Of a stretch of DNA of 64,000 nt, positions 63,701 through 64,000 are shown one piece after another. The DNA lies in contig NC_134034.1 of NCBI RefSeq assembly GCF_964204645.1, forward strand, positions 7,414,914-7,478,913, in the 5' to 3' direction. Positions within the stretch are counted from its first letter, which is position 1. Each line of letters opens with the position of its first letter. The position numbers were made by a program, and so were the translations under genes. Below the pieces are notes generated by a model, which was not told where the DNA came from, did no database searches, and worked only from the letters and a program-made list of their open reading frames with translations. The stretch is from Tubulanus polymorphus (lineage: Eukaryota; Animalia; Nemertea).

Positions 63701-64000
63701 TTAGATGGTGAATATTACTATCATTTGAAAGATGATTATTATATTAATATCACTTATAAAAATCAAATATTAACTTTGCTGCTGAACATATAATCTTATT
63801 TTTAATTACAGTTGTAAGTGCTATTATTTTTGGGTTAGTGAATATGATAAAAAATAAATAATTAATTTTTTTGTTAAATAAATGACTGGGAGTTATATAA
63901 ATCCTTCTAAGAGTTCTAGAATATCTTATGCTATTAAAGCAGAAAGATCTCATCATATAATTACTCATAATCCTTCTAATATTAATCCTGATGAACCTTT
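60714..64000 (+). mobile_element. Family A copy (small ORFs to MCP start; runs off window)
   Basis: 60809-61030 and 61054-61476 intact; genes at 61497, 61948 and 63354 degenerate; MCP ATG at 63882. Confidence 0.88.

Overview
Repeat-dense eukaryotic DNA, probably from an animal (invertebrate); I see no host gene. Most of the window is five fragmentary copies of one very AT-rich Polinton/Maverick-like endogenous virus family, 'family A': ~317-13661 (+), ~32757-41817 (+), ~42640-44100 (+), ~44451-60420 (-) and ~60714-64000 (+). The second and third may be one copy split by an insertion. Gene order is pPolB, variable gene, minor capsid, several small membrane proteins, major capsid, chromodomain rve-integrase, A32-like ATPase. 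Family A shows three traits more typical of large cytoplasmic DNA viruses (Nucleocytoviricota). (1) A LAGLIDADG intein sits in the catalytic YxD/TDS motif of the protein-primed polymerase, in two copies. (2) One gene looks like late transcription factor VLTF3. (3) A poxvirus-late-like T-run + TAAATG motif precedes almost every gene. An NCLDV-type HNH nuclease and a small GC hairpin inserted in frame in two unrelated genes fit the same picture. My inference is a virophage-like or helper-dependent integrating virus. Interspersed are a conventional Maverick ('family B': AGTAGT end, YY1/ETS/CRE repeats, spliced PC4 gene, rearranged VSR-type pPolB), a DIRS retrotransposon split by a hAT transposon with an open 797-aa transposase, a second DIRS 5' end, Gypsy, LINE and hAT fragments, a MITE, and Penelope-like inverted repeats carrying minimal hammerhead ribozymes. 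All family calls come from motif recognition only; no searches were run.
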